Origin: a bacterium
GTDB lineage: Bacteria > Hinthialibacterota > Hinthialibacteria > Hinthialibacterales > Hinthialibacteraceae
Direction: 5' to 3'
DNA length: 64,000 nucleotides
NCBI GenBank assembly: GCA_041946805.1
Contig: JBHGBC010000013.1
Span: 1-64,000, forward strand
Part shown: positions 28,138 to 38,421 of the stretch, in pieces
Layout: each line of letters opens with the position of its first letter
Position numbering within the stretch: position 1 is the first letter of the stretch
Translations under genes and position numbers: made by a program
The notes under the pieces: model-generated
The model's input: only the letters and a program-made list of their open reading frames with translations
The model's database searches: none
What the model was told of the DNA's origin: nothing

Positions 28138-29345
28138 TAGGCGGGTCTCCCTTCTAAAGCCGTTGTTTTGGATTCCAGCCCCAACAATCGCCGGAGGCGG
28201 GGATGGAGGATTTCACCGCCGCGGGTCATCAACGTTTCCCGGGTGATCTCGTCCTCCAGGTTGATTTCCATGACTCCTTTTTTGGCCAAGTGGAGCAAAA
28301 ACGTCACGATATTCTTGGAAAACAGGCGGCTGGCGTGAAACGGAATGCTGGAAGGCAGGTTCAACGGGCCGAGGATGGTCACGCCGTGTTCGACGACGGT
28401 TTCGCCGGGCCGGGTCAGTTCGCAGTTGCCTCCCCGTTCGGCGGCCAGGTCCACGATGACGGAACCCGGCGTCATGCCCCGCACCATGCCGGCGGTGATC
28501 AGCACCGGGGCTTTCTGGCCGGGGATCAGGGCGGTGGTGATCACCACGTCGTTCTCCGCCACCACGCGGGCCATCATTTGCCGCTGCTGAGCGTAGAAAT
28601 CCTCATCCTGGGCCTTGGCGTATCCCCCCGCGTCCTCGGCGGAGCGGGTTTCCAGTGGCAGTTCCACGAATTTGGCGCCCAAGCTTTCGACCTGCTCCTT
28701 CACGGCGGGCCGGACGTCGTAGCCCTGCACGACCGCGCCCAGGCGGCGGGCGGTGGCGATCGCCTGGAGGCCCGCGACGCCCGCCCCGATCACGAAAACC
28801 CGCGTGGGCGAGATGGTTCCCGCGGCGGTCATCAGCATAGGGAACATCTTCGGCAGCGCGGCCGCGGCCAGCAGCACGGCCTTGTAGCCCGTGATGGTGG
28901 CCATGGAGGACAAGACATCCATGCTTTGGGCGCGGGTGATGCGGGGCATCATTTCGAGGGAAAAGGCGGTAATCTTGACGGCCGCGGCTTCCTCGATCCC
29001 CTTCGGTTCCGACAGGGGATCCAGCTGGGCGATCAGCACCTGGCCTTCGCGCATCCGCCGCAGGTCTTCGTTCCCCTGGGCCGGATTCGCCCCCAGGGCG
29101 TTGATCTGCAGAATCGCGTCCGCGGATTCAAAAACCTCGCCGCGGCCCGCGGCCAACCGTGCGCCCTTGTCCTGATAGGCATGGTCCGGATAGCCGGCGG
29201 CCTGCCCGGCGCCCGGCTCGATGAGGACTTCCAATCCCGCCTTGGCCAGGGTGGGCAGCTGATCCGGTATCAAGGCCACCCGCCGTTCGCCGGGCAAGGA
29301 TTCTTTGGGGACTCCCACACGCAATGCGTGTCCCGCTTCGTTCAT
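28137..29345 (-). CDS. pntAA: NAD(P) transhydrogenase alpha subunit, soluble part
   Basis: GERRVAL, RITRAQSMDVLSS and GAGVAGLQAIATARRLGA motifs. Confidence 0.95.
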   Translation of the reverse strand: MNEAGHALRVGVPKESLPGERRVALIPDQLPTLAKAGLEVLIEPGAGQAAGYPDHAYQDKGARLAAGRGEVFESADAILQINALGANPAQGNEDLRRMREGQVLIAQLDPLSEPKGIEEAAAVKITAFSLEMMPRITRAQSMDVLSSMATITGYKAVLLAAAALPKMFPMLMTAAGTISPTRVFVIGAGVAGLQAIATARRLGAVVQGYDVRPAVKEQVESLGAKFVELPLETRSAEDAGGYAKAQDEDFYAQQRQMMARVVAENDVVITTALIPGQKAPVLITAGMVRGMTPGSVIVDLAAERGGNCELTRPGETVVEHGVTILGPLNLPSSIPFHASRLFSKNIVTFLLHLAKKGVMEINLEDEITRETLMTRGGEILHPRLRRLLGLESKTTALEGRPA

Positions 29346-29578
29346 CACCTGCCTCCTGTCCGTTCACGACGGATAATGGAACGATCTGGCTGTACGCCGG
29401 CTATACATATCTGTGGAGAAGTAAACGAAAACCGGCCGGGATTCAAGCCTTCCCGATTCCCGAAGGGCAATTATTCTTACGGGGGAAAGAATCCCTGGGT
29501 GGTCCGACAGCCGGTGGGGAAGGGAATGTGGGAAGGGAAACGCGGGAAAATCCAAGGAAAAGGCGTGTGGAGCCAGAA

Positions 29579-29965
29579 ATGAGTTGGTTGGATAAGAAAT
29601 TGGTGCTCATCGCCCTGACGGGAGGATTGGGCAGCCTGGCGCGGTATGGTCTGGCGGGCCTGGTGCAGCGGTGGGCGGGCAGCGGATTCGCCTGGGGAAC
29701 GCCGGTGGTCAACCTGCTGGGCTGCTTTTTGTTCGGAGTGATCTGGTCCCTGGCGGAAGAACGGATACTGATCAGCGGAGAAACCCGAGCCATACTGCTG
29801 GTGGGCTTTCTGGGAGCCTTCACCACTTTTTCCACCTATGTGTTCGAGACCGGCGAGTTGCTGCGCGACGCCCAATGGCGGTGGGCGGCGGGGAATGTTT
29901 GTTTGCAAACCTTCGGCGGCTTGGCCGCTTTCTTTGCGGGGCTGGCCGGGGGGAGGATTCTCTAA
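29579..29965 (+). CDS. crcB: Fluoride efflux channel Fluc/CrcB
   Basis: GG-x-G-x-x-ARY, GT-x-x-VN and GFLGAFTTFST motifs. Confidence 0.92.
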   Translation: MSWLDKKLVLIALTGGLGSLARYGLAGLVQRWAGSGFAWGTPVVNLLGCFLFGVIWSLAEERILISGETRAILLVGFLGAFTTFSTYVFETGELLRDAQWRWAAGNVCLQTFGGLAAFFAGLAGGRIL

Positions 29966-29977
29966 GGGAGAGCAACG

Positions 29978-30331
29978 ATGAAAATCGAAGGCGAGGCGTT
30001 GCTGCTGCGCATTCTGATCGGGGAGAGCGACAAGCATCACGGGCGGCCGCTTTATGAAGTGATTGTGGAAGAAGCCCGCAAGCAAGGGCTGGCGGGCGCC
30101 ACCGTGTGGCGGGGCTTGCTCGGATTCGGCGCGCACAGCCGGGTGCATTCGCACAAGATTCTACGGCTGTCCGAGGATTTGCCGGTCGTGATCGAAATCG
30201 TGGACCAGGCCGCCAAAATCCAACAAATCCTGCCCCGGTTCGATGAGATGATCGAGGAGGGCCTGATCACCCTCGAAAAAGTCCAGGTGATCGCCTACCG
30301 CCACAACGGGAGTTTCGGGGGAAAGCCGTGA
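29978..30331 (+). CDS. DUF190 (PII-like) protein
   Basis: LLRILIGESD, GLAGATVWRG and LSEDLPVVIEIVD motifs; usual crcB neighbour. Confidence 0.9.
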   Translation: MKIEGEALLLRILIGESDKHHGRPLYEVIVEEARKQGLAGATVWRGLLGFGAHSRVHSHKILRLSEDLPVVIEIVDQAAKIQQILPRFDEMIEEGLITLEKVQVIAYRHNGSFGGKP

Positions 30332-30340
30332 CTTGCCGGT

Positions 30341-30661
30341 TTATTGGCCCAGGCCGTCGATCTTGGCGGCCAGGATGAAGTCGTTTTCCGAGAGTCCCCC
30401 GATGGCGTGCGTCCAGATGGTGAAATCGACCTGGTTGTAATGGACGCAAAAATCGGGGTGATGACCCTCGGTTTCGGCCACCAGCGCCACCTGCGTCAGG
30501 AAGCCCATGGCTTGCACAAAGTTCTTGAACGGAAACGTTTTCCGCAATTTTTCCTCTTCCACCCGCCATCCTGGCAAATGCCGCATATAGCCCTCGATTT
30601 TGTCAGGGCTCAGTTTGGGAATTCCACCCTCGCACGGGACGCATTTGCGATCCTTCAGCAT
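30341..30661 (-). CDS. phhB: Pterin-4-alpha-carbinolamine dehydratase
   Basis: CVPCEGG, EGHHPD and WTHAIGGLSENDFILAAKID motifs. Confidence 0.92.
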   Translation of the reverse strand: MLKDRKCVPCEGGIPKLSPDKIEGYMRHLPGWRVEEEKLRKTFPFKNFVQAMGFLTQVALVAETEGHHPDFCVHYNQVDFTIWTHAIGGLSENDFILAAKIDGLGQ

Positions 30662-31036
30662 CGTCTCTTTCTCCTAGACTCTCTCCTTGGTATTCCATTT
30701 ATGAAACAGGTCATCGCGCGAAACAAACCTCTATTGTAGCGCGGGAAGACTCCTGGCCATCGGGATTATGTCCGAAGAGGATGCCAGACCAAGGGATCAG
30801 GTAGAAGATCGAATGGGTTTCTTTCCTCGTTCAGTGATTTCATGGGATGGCCTTGGCGTCCATGCAGAATCCACAGGGAGCGCAGGAGAGGGGGGCGGGC
30901 CCGGGAGTGAAATTCCAGGGGCGTTGCCTGGGTTAAACCGGGATGGCCCTGACGGGGCCGGGGCAGGGCCGGTGTTGCGGGGGGGATGGAGCTGATGGAT
31001 AACGCGTTTCGCGCGGCGCCGGACGATGGAACCGGG

Positions 31037-31900
31037 TCAATTGGGCGGCACGGATTGTTTGGATAGAAACGCGTTCAGTTCCGGCAGTTTGTCGGTGTTG
31101 ATGAGGTCCACGCCGGCTTTCAACAGCAAGGCCCAGGAACGTTCATGGTCGGGGGCGGACCAAAAACGGATCTTGCGGCCCTTCGCGTGAATGTCTTGGA
31201 CCAGCCGGGTGAGTTTTTCGGACTCGGCGGGCTGAATCTCTTCTTCTCCGGACCAGCGGATGTAATTGGACCATTTCAGGGCATACCACGGCCAGCGGGC
31301 GTCGGCGGGGGGATCGTCCGGGGAGTAATCGTTGCTGTCGCGGCAGGCGTAACGGGGATCGAATTCCTGGACGTATGCTTCCTTGGATTTGGCATCGCCG
31401 GTGAGGATGACGGTCACGGGGCCGGATTTCGTTTCGCTACCCGAGAAGATGGTGAGCATGGAGTAATTCTTCAGCAGGGCGTGAAGAACCGGCCGCAGTT
31501 CGTCCCGGCCGTCCTTGATGTCGATCCATAGCCAAAACGGCCGGCCGCCGCCATGCACCGACCCGTGCTGGTCAATCCGTTCCCGCAGGGGATCCAGGTA
31601 GAGTTGTTTCAAACTTCCCTTGTATTTCCCCTCGTCGTGCGCGACGAGGATTTCCTTCCCGACAAGCCAGATATCGGCCTCGACGCTGGAAAAACGGTGT
31701 TCGAGGGCGTCGAGCAAGGGGCGTTCATGTTCGTAGTCGTTATGGGAATGGGCTTTGAAGAGATTTCCCGCGGGGGCGGCTGGAGGCGGGGCCAGGCGGT
31801 CTTCGCTGCCGAACGCAAGGGAAGCGAACACCACCAGGCTGAGACCCACCCTGGCGATCCACTGGCTCCAGGCATTATTGTGTGCATCCGGACACATGGT
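31037..31900 (-). CDS. Secreted PI-PLC/GDPD-like phosphodiesterase (AIM6-like)
   Basis: AHSHNDY, SVEADIW, LVAHD and GVDLINTD motifs; signal peptide. Confidence 0.8.
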   Translation of the reverse strand, partial: TMCPDAHNNAWSQWIARVGLSLVVFASLAFGSEDRLAPPPAAPAGNLFKAHSHNDYEHERPLLDALEHRFSSVEADIWLVGKEILVAHDEGKYKGSLKQLYLDPLRERIDQHGSVHGGGRPFWLWIDIKDGRDELRPVLHALLKNYSMLTIFSGSETKSGPVTVILTGDAKSKEAYVQEFDPRYACRDSNDYSPDDPPADARWPWYALKWSNYIRWSGEEEIQPAESEKLTRLVQDIHAKGRKIRFWSAPDHERSWALLLKAGVDLINTDKLPELNAFLSKQSVPPN

Positions 31901-32361
31901 TCCCATTTCCTTTCCGAAATAAGGTCTCCCAGTGTATCAAAATCCGCAGGCGGCCATAACCCATTGGGGCGAAATAGTGTAAGATACCTTAATGAGGGGA
32001 AGAGCAACGAAATCTAATTGTGATATTTTTAAAACGACGGCTTGAAACATTCCTGGCCGCTTCTCCCGCACCGCCTTCTTTGCGCGGAGACGGGTGTTTT
32101 TTGCTGATCCAGTGAGAAAAAAGAGACATCGGCCAGGGATGATCCCCGGTGGGGATTGAAAATTCGTAAAAAAAGAACACGATATCGGCCGGGAGCCGCA
32201 GGAGAGGGAAGTGTATTTTTCGCTTTCCCCCCGGGAACTGGCTGGGGGGATGACGGCTGTCCACTTGTAACAATATGTAAAAAAATAAAATTCCGGTTGA
32301 ATTTCGTGGGGATTTCCTGGATTATTGATACAATTTTATTGGCAAGCAGGATTATTTCGGG

Positions 32362-33105
32362 ATGATGAATATGAACAAACCTTCCATACCTGAAGAGCAA
32401 CCCCGGTACATCATCGACGAGGGTCTGCCGTCTACTCAAAAAGAGATCAAGATTCTTTCCCAGGAACAAGAGCGCGCCCTCCAAAAAGCCATCAAGGCAG
32501 CCGCCCATACCCTCACCGATGAAGAGAAGGATCTGTTGTATCAACTGCGGGACAAATTAAACCGGGAGACCGAGCGGGTGCAGACGCTTCGCAAGGTCAT
32601 GGTAACCGATAAACCGCTGGATGTCTTTCTCACGGATTACCAAAGAAAAAAGCAAAACAACAAGAAGCACGCGAGTCCCGGCGTTCCTGCCGATTTATCC
32701 TCCAATCCCGGCGCGAATGACGATCCCGACGAGGAGATCATTCCGGTCAAAACCAAGCATGTGGTGGGTTTCAAGCCGGAAGAGGTGGTCCGCCGGTACA
32801 TCGAATGCTGGAACCAACAAAAATTCGGCGCGGAATACGATTGTTTCAGCCGGGATTTTCTCACCGCCGACCGGGAAGCGTACATCAATGCCCGGCACAT
32901 GTACTACCAGCAGCAATTGGGCAACGGAGGTTTGATCATCAACTTCAAGACTATCGAGGGGGCGGAAACGTTCGTGGGCGACGCGGAAGTGGTGGCGGTG
33001 AAAACCGTCCAGCAAGGGAAGCGCAAGTCCCAGGAGGAAAAGGACCGCTACCGCCTCAAACTGGAAAACGGCCGCTGGGTGATTTACTCAGTCGAGCCGT
33101 TGTGA
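32362..33105 (+). CDS. Hypothetical protein with N-terminal coiled coil and C-terminal NTF2-like domain
   Basis: PEEVVRRYIECWN...YRLKLENGRWVI pattern. Confidence 0.65.
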   Translation: MMNMNKPSIPEEQPRYIIDEGLPSTQKEIKILSQEQERALQKAIKAAAHTLTDEEKDLLYQLRDKLNRETERVQTLRKVMVTDKPLDVFLTDYQRKKQNNKKHASPGVPADLSSNPGANDDPDEEIIPVKTKHVVGFKPEEVVRRYIECWNQQKFGAEYDCFSRDFLTADREAYINARHMYYQQQLGNGGLIINFKTIEGAETFVGDAEVVAVKTVQQGKRKSQEEKDRYRLKLENGRWVIYSVEPL

Positions 33106-33390
33106 AAGCCGGATGATTCGTGCCGTAATCAAGCGATAAGCCGTTTTTGTAAGCATTGAGATCTCATCCCGGATGAAAATCCGGGATGGTTGTTTTAAAA
33201 CCCGTGCCGGGATTCTCGGATTTCCACTCCCGCGGCTTATTGGAGATTTTGACAATGAGTTGCGCCTCGGGAATTCAGGTTGCCAGGGATCCGTACCCTC
33301 TTGTCTCTTCTTCCCCCGTTGGTTACCCTACAACCAGCCCGCGGGCGCGTGGAAATCGTTCCGTATCATTCAATCCAGGCAGGTGGCTCG

Positions 33391-34911
33391 ATGGCCTATC
33401 AGAATCTCAAGGATTTTGTGCATCGGTTGAAGCAGGAAAACGAACTGGTGGAGATCGCCGCGCCGGTGTCTCCGCATTTGGAAATGACCGAGATCACCGA
33501 CCGGGTCACCAAGGCGAACGGCCCGGCCCTGTTGTTTACCCGTCCGGTGGGCTATCAAATTCCCGTGCTCATCAACGCTTACGGCTCGGAGCGGCGCATG
33601 GCCTTGGCGCTGGGAGTGGATCATGTGGATGAAATCGCGGACCGCATCCGCGTCTTGATCACCCAGAAACCGCCGGGGACCTGGCGGGAAAAAATCGCGG
33701 CCTTGTTCACCTTAAAGGAACTGGCCGGCTTCGCGCCGCGGCGGGTATCCACGGGACGCTGCAAGGACGTGATTCTCCAGGGCGGTGACGCCACCCTGGA
33801 CACCCTGCCCATCATGACCTGCTGGCCGATGGACGGCGGGCCGTTCATTACGCTGCCGCAGGTCTATACTCGCGATCCGGTGACGGGCATCCGGAATGTG
33901 GGCCTATACCGGATGCAGAAGTTCGACGGCCAAACCACGGGCATGCACTGGCAGATTCACAAGGTGGGGGCGGCGCATTTCCGGGAATACCTCAAGGAGA
34001 ACCGGCGCATGGAAGCCGCCGTGGCCCTGGGGGGCGATCCGGCGATCCTCTACGCAGCCTCCGCCCCGTTGCCACCCGTGATCGACGAGTTGCTTTTCAC
34101 GGGATTTCTACGCCGCGCCCCGGTCGAGGTGGTCCCCTGCGAGACCGTGGACGTGGAGGTCCCCGCCAACGCCGAAATCATCCTGGAGGGATACATCGAT
34201 CCCGCGGAGCAGCGCCTGGAGGGGCCGTTCGGCGATCACACGGGGTATTATTCGCTGGCCGAACCCTATCCGGTATTTCATATCACATGTATCACCATGG
34301 CGGAGGATCCGGTCTACCCATCCACCATCGTGGGGATTCCCCCCCAGGAAGACGCGTATATCGGCAAAGCCACGGAGCGTATTTTTCTGCCGATGATCCA
34401 GATGATGTTTCCCGAGATTGTCGATCTGGAACTGCCGGTGGAAGGCGGATTCCACAGTCTGGCCATTGTGGCGATCCAAAAGGCCTATCCCGGCCACGCC
34501 TTCAAGACCGCGCACGCCATCTGGGGCATGGGATTGTTGTCCCTGACGAAGACCGTCATCGTGGTGGATGCGCATGTCAACGTGCACGATCCCGCCGAGG
34601 TCTTGTGGCGGGTGGCCAACAACATGGCGCCCCGGCGGGATGTTCAGTTTGTGGACGGCCCCGTGGACGTGCTGGACAACTCATCCGAGCAACCCCGCTT
34701 CGGTTCCAAGATGGTGATCGACGCGACCCGGAAACTGCCCGAGGAGGGTTTCACCCGGCCATGGCCGCCGGACATTGTCATGAGCCAGGCCGTGAAGGAG
34801 CGGATCGATCGGATCTGGGGAGAACTGGGATTGAACATCTCCCTCGAAGAATCCAAAAGGCGCGTGTTCCGGATCACGCCCGAGGACGCGCCGGAAAAGA
34901 AGAGCCTCTGA
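33391..34911 (+). CDS. ubiD: UbiD-family prFMN-dependent decarboxylase (menaquinone-type)
   Basis: NVGLYRMQ, EGPFGDHTGYY, GIPPQED and KMVIDATRK motifs. Confidence 0.9.
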   Translation: MAYQNLKDFVHRLKQENELVEIAAPVSPHLEMTEITDRVTKANGPALLFTRPVGYQIPVLINAYGSERRMALALGVDHVDEIADRIRVLITQKPPGTWREKIAALFTLKELAGFAPRRVSTGRCKDVILQGGDATLDTLPIMTCWPMDGGPFITLPQVYTRDPVTGIRNVGLYRMQKFDGQTTGMHWQIHKVGAAHFREYLKENRRMEAAVALGGDPAILYAASAPLPPVIDELLFTGFLRRAPVEVVPCETVDVEVPANAEIILEGYIDPAEQRLEGPFGDHTGYYSLAEPYPVFHITCITMAEDPVYPSTIVGIPPQEDAYIGKATERIFLPMIQMMFPEIVDLELPVEGGFHSLAIVAIQKAYPGHAFKTAHAIWGMGLLSLTKTVIVVDAHVNVHDPAEVLWRVANNMAPRRDVQFVDGPVDVLDNSSEQPRFGSKMVIDATRKLPEEGFTRPWPPDIVMSQAVKERIDRIWGELGLNISLEESKRRVFRITPEDAPEKKSL

Positions 34912-34918
34912 GGCCGCC

Positions 34919-35515
34919 ATGGCGACAGAACAAATCCTGGTCGTGCCCCGTTCGGTATTATCGGACATTCTTCCGTTCCGGGGATTTATGCCCTTGGGGA
35001 AAGACCGTTTGGAAACCTGGCTTGAAGCGAGGCAATTCCGGCCGCGGGACGAGATGGAAACCGATCCCGGTTTTAAGCAGATCATCCCCTACACGATCGT
35101 GCGGCATGCGGATCACGTGTTCCGGTATTGGCGCACCAAACGGGCGGGAGAGAACCGTCTGCATCATTTGTATTCGATCGGGATCGGCGGCCATATCAAT
35201 AACCGGGATATGAATTTGTTCACATCCCCCGGGGAATTGATGAACGAGGCCGCTGCGCGGGAACTGAAGGAAGAAGTCGAGGTGGATTCATTGGCGCGGT
35301 TCGAGCCGGTGGGATTCATCAACGATGACGAGAGCGAGGTCGGGCGGGTGCATTTCGGAGTAGTGTACGAGGCATGGGTGGAGTCCAGGAACGCGCGGAT
35401 CCGGGAAACCGCCCTGGCCCGCGGCGAATGGAGGCCGGTGTCCGAGCTCCAAGATGGCGTGGAGTACGAAACCTGGTCGCGGTTCGTGATCGAGGAATAT
35501 TTGATAAAAGCGTAG
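34919..35515 (+). CDS. Nudix-family predicted phosphoesterase
   Basis: FKQIIPY, SIGIGGHIN, RELKEEV Nudix box and VGRVHFG. Confidence 0.85.
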   Translation: MATEQILVVPRSVLSDILPFRGFMPLGKDRLETWLEARQFRPRDEMETDPGFKQIIPYTIVRHADHVFRYWRTKRAGENRLHHLYSIGIGGHINNRDMNLFTSPGELMNEAAARELKEEVEVDSLARFEPVGFINDDESEVGRVHFGVVYEAWVESRNARIRETALARGEWRPVSELQDGVEYETWSRFVIEEYLIKA

Positions 35516-35530
35516 GGGTGGCGGCTGTTG

Positions 35531-35571
35531 TCTGAATCAGGATGACCCGGATGGGCGCGATAACCCGGATG
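35531..35571 (+). repeat. Family C repeat (TCTGAATCAGGAT plus 9-nt units)
   Basis: Related copies at 18277, 41606, 53765 and 63139. Confidence 0.75.
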
Positions 35572-35698
35572 CCGATGGAAGGCAGGGTGATACAGGAAAC
35601 CAACCTAGCCTTCCGGCAAAAGCTGGGGGCACGTTGCAATGTGCCCCGGCCTGGCTTGGGTGAATAGGAATCAATGGGCAATGACAGGTGGAGGTGAC

Positions 35699-36745
35699 AT
35701 GCCGATGGACTATGCCGGCTTGTCCTTGGCGTCATTCTTGAAAAAACAACCGGGAATTCATGTCTTACTGCTTGGCTGGTTGATTGTGGGAACAGCCGTG
35801 GGGAGCAATCCCGAAACAGAAAATCCACCCGGCGAAACGCGGCCCAACATGGAACAACAACTTCTTGAGCGGCGGGAAACCCAAGAGGATTTGGATTTCT
35901 GGCTGCGGAACATGCTGCTCGCGCACCGCTATACCTGGGATGAGGCGGCGCGCGTCACGGGGATGTCCCTCGCGGAAACACAGGCCGCCGCCCGGCGCGC
36001 CGGAATCGATCCCGCCACCGGAATGTATCCCTTTCCCGTGAGTCAAGCCGCTGTGTTGCCTTACCCCGGAGGAAGGCATCCCCGCATCGGCTTCCTGGAG
36101 GGCGCGGTCGATCCCATCCGCGCCACCAAGGCCAGTGTGTTTCTCCCCGGGGATCCTCAATCCTACGTGGTGATCGACTTGCCGGAAGCCATTTTCCGCG
36201 GGAACGATTTGATCTTCCTGGCGCACACACATATCCCCACTGTCTGGGAACAACAGAACCGCCGGCCGCGGTTCCGCGATTGGCGGCGCCATCCGGATGG
36301 CAGCCTGACGGGCGAATGGCCGTTGCCCGATGGCGTGATCTTCGGCGCCACCATCGAATCCGCCCCCGCGGGCGTGGAAATGGAACTCTGGCTGCGCAAC
36401 GGCACGAACCAGACGCTGACCAGCTTGCGCACACAAGTGTGTGTGATGCTGAAAGGCGCGGCGGAATTCGCGGATCAGACCAACACCAACAAACTCTTCG
36501 AAGCCCCTGTGGCCGCGGCGCGCTCCAACACGGGCAACCGCTGGATCCTGACCGCCTGGTCACCCTGCGGCCGGGTATGGGGTAATGAGCAGGTCCCTTG
36601 CATCCACGCCGATCCGGTGTTTCCCGATTGTCATCCCGATGAAACCGTGCGCGCCCGGGGCCGGTTGTGGTTTTATGAGGAAAACGGGATCCAAAAAGAA
36701 ATGAATCGCGCCAAGGCCGAATTCGCCATGCCGGGAGAACCGTGA
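35699..36745 (+). CDS. Secreted hypothetical protein
   Basis: GGAGG RBS; hydrophobic N-terminal segment; PYPGGRHPRIGFLEGA; coding-like composition. Confidence 0.7.
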   Translation: MPMDYAGLSLASFLKKQPGIHVLLLGWLIVGTAVGSNPETENPPGETRPNMEQQLLERRETQEDLDFWLRNMLLAHRYTWDEAARVTGMSLAETQAAARRAGIDPATGMYPFPVSQAAVLPYPGGRHPRIGFLEGAVDPIRATKASVFLPGDPQSYVVIDLPEAIFRGNDLIFLAHTHIPTVWEQQNRRPRFRDWRRHPDGSLTGEWPLPDGVIFGATIESAPAGVEMELWLRNGTNQTLTSLRTQVCVMLKGAAEFADQTNTNKLFEAPVAAARSNTGNRWILTAWSPCGRVWGNEQVPCIHADPVFPDCHPDETVRARGRLWFYEENGIQKEMNRAKAEFAMPGEP

Positions 36746-37090
36746 AAAAGAATCATACGTGTTTCACCTGGGGAGCGCGTACTGGGTGGGGATCAAGTTT
36801 TCCATCTTCCAGTTGTAACTGGCGGTATTCATGGTCTCCTTCTCAACCTGTCCTCCCCCTGGCCCTCTCCCAGGGGGAGAGGGAATCGGATGGGGATGGC
36901 TCCAGCCGATCTAATATGAAATCGATCATGATTTCAGAGAATCAAAGTATGCTCGGGCAGGTTGAACCGATCCGCGTATTCGTGTGAGTGCCGGCCCCCG
37001 CCAGTTGGGCAAAATCACTGGCAAAAAAATTCTGATCAATTCGGTAAAAATCCCGTTGACATCCAAAAAAAGTAGTGGTACCAATAATTG

Positions 37091-37322
37091 TGAGGATGGA
37101 GAGTGGACCATGAACAATGGATCCCCATCCTGAACGGGAGGGCGAGCGCAGTCGCCCTGATAAGGGTAGCGTGGTTGTGAAACCGTGGCCCTTATTCCAT
37201 ACATCCTGAAGCGTGATGCCTTCAGGAAGAAAAAAGGTAGGCGTTTCCAGCGGTACGAAACGCCACCCGATGGATGAAGGAGGGAGTCATCGAATCCGAT
37301 TGGATGACTCCTTCCTTGTTTT
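37091..37322 (+). ncRNA. Candidate structured small RNA (six consecutive hairpins, terminator-ended)
   Basis: TTGACA at 37056; hairpins 37093-37131, 37139-37158, 37160-37195, 37204-37227, 37236-37267 and 37277-37317, then GTTTT. Confidence 0.5.
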
Positions 37323-37593
37323 AAACCCCTTGATGAGGCGCGAGGGTATGCCCTGGATGGAATTATGTGGGGGACAAAAAGGTTCAGCCCAATGTTAATA
37401 CCCTCACTCTGGCCCTTTCCCTGAGGAAGAAAGAGAATTGTTATACGGTAAAGGTAGGGAATTAAATGGTTTCATCCTTCGCCATGCATTTTCTGCATGC
37501 CCGGGATTTTCTCTCCCGTTTTTCCAGCGGATGTGGTATGGTGAAAATACCATTTTCGCCACCGCATATCGTAGGGCAGGAGCCAGCCGTTTC

Positions 37594-38421
37594 ATGCCGT
37601 TCGCAGCCAAGAGAAGCGTCGTAGGTCATACAGGCCTTTGGTGGCTGGGGATGATGTTCGTCCCAGCGGTGGGATTTTCCCATCAGCCCTTTGCGGCGTA
37701 TATCCAGCACCAGGCCGAGCTGCGCGTTTCCACACAGACTATCGATATCGAACTGGAATTGACCTTTCACAACGTGCTGGCCCTGTCGGAAAGAGAGGTT
37801 CTGGATGCCGACGGAGATGAGCAAATCTCGCGCCGGGAAATCGGCCTCTACCTGACGGCGCGCGCGGAAGAGTTCGCTAGAAATCTGTCCGTTTTGATCA
37901 ATCAACGCCCGGTTGCCGTGATCCCCTTGTATGAACCCCGGTTGGATCTATTGGCGGATACGCGTGTGGCTCCCACTCCGCTGATTCTCCTGCTGCATCA
38001 TTTTTGCCGCGTGCCCGAGGGCATCGGCTCCGGCTGGACGGTGGAACTGGACGACCGGCTGTTTCCCCATGAACCCGCGGTTTGCGCGTGGCATTGCACG
38101 GCGGCGGAGGGAATCACCCTGGTGGAAGAACCGGATTCCGGCTTGTTGCTGTCGGCGGATTCCGGCGCCACGCCCCGCCGGGTGGTGGTGCGGACCGCGG
38201 CATCCAATTTTCCATCACCTTCCATCGGTCCGGTTTTATCGAAGAATAACACCGTTGGTCCATCTCATCTCATTCAAGCGGTCCTGGCGGTTCCCTGGAT
38301 GCCGGCGCTGGGAATCGGCCCGGCGATGGCGATCCTGCCAGCCTATATGCCTTGGAACCAAATACTCACGATCAATGGGGAGGTAAATGATGCGTCGATC
38401 CGGCCAAATTTGTCTCGTTAA
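37594..38421 (+). CDS. Exported hypothetical protein with EF-hand-like loop (DUF1007/HupE-associated-like)
   Basis: Signal-like segment ending FS-H; DADGDEQISRRE; AGGAG upstream; start uncertain. Confidence 0.55.
   Translation: MPFAAKRSVVGHTGLWWLGMMFVPAVGFSHQPFAAYIQHQAELRVSTQTIDIELELTFHNVLALSEREVLDADGDEQISRREIGLYLTARAEEFARNLSVLINQRPVAVIPLYEPRLDLLADTRVAPTPLILLLHHFCRVPEGIGSGWTVELDDRLFPHEPAVCAWHCTAAEGITLVEEPDSGLLLSADSGATPRRVVVRTAASNFPSPSIGPVLSKNNTVGPSHLIQAVLAVPWMPALGIGPAMAILPAYMPWNQILTINGEVNDASIRPNLSR

Noticed and set aside
29350..29578. Fluoride riboswitch expected upstream of crcB
   Set aside because: No GGxGATG..TTC.CC / TAATG core is visible
36985..37010. GCCCCCGCCAGTTG resembling part of a cobalamin riboswitch
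   Set aside because: The upstream GGGAA/T-loop elements and B12 box are absent
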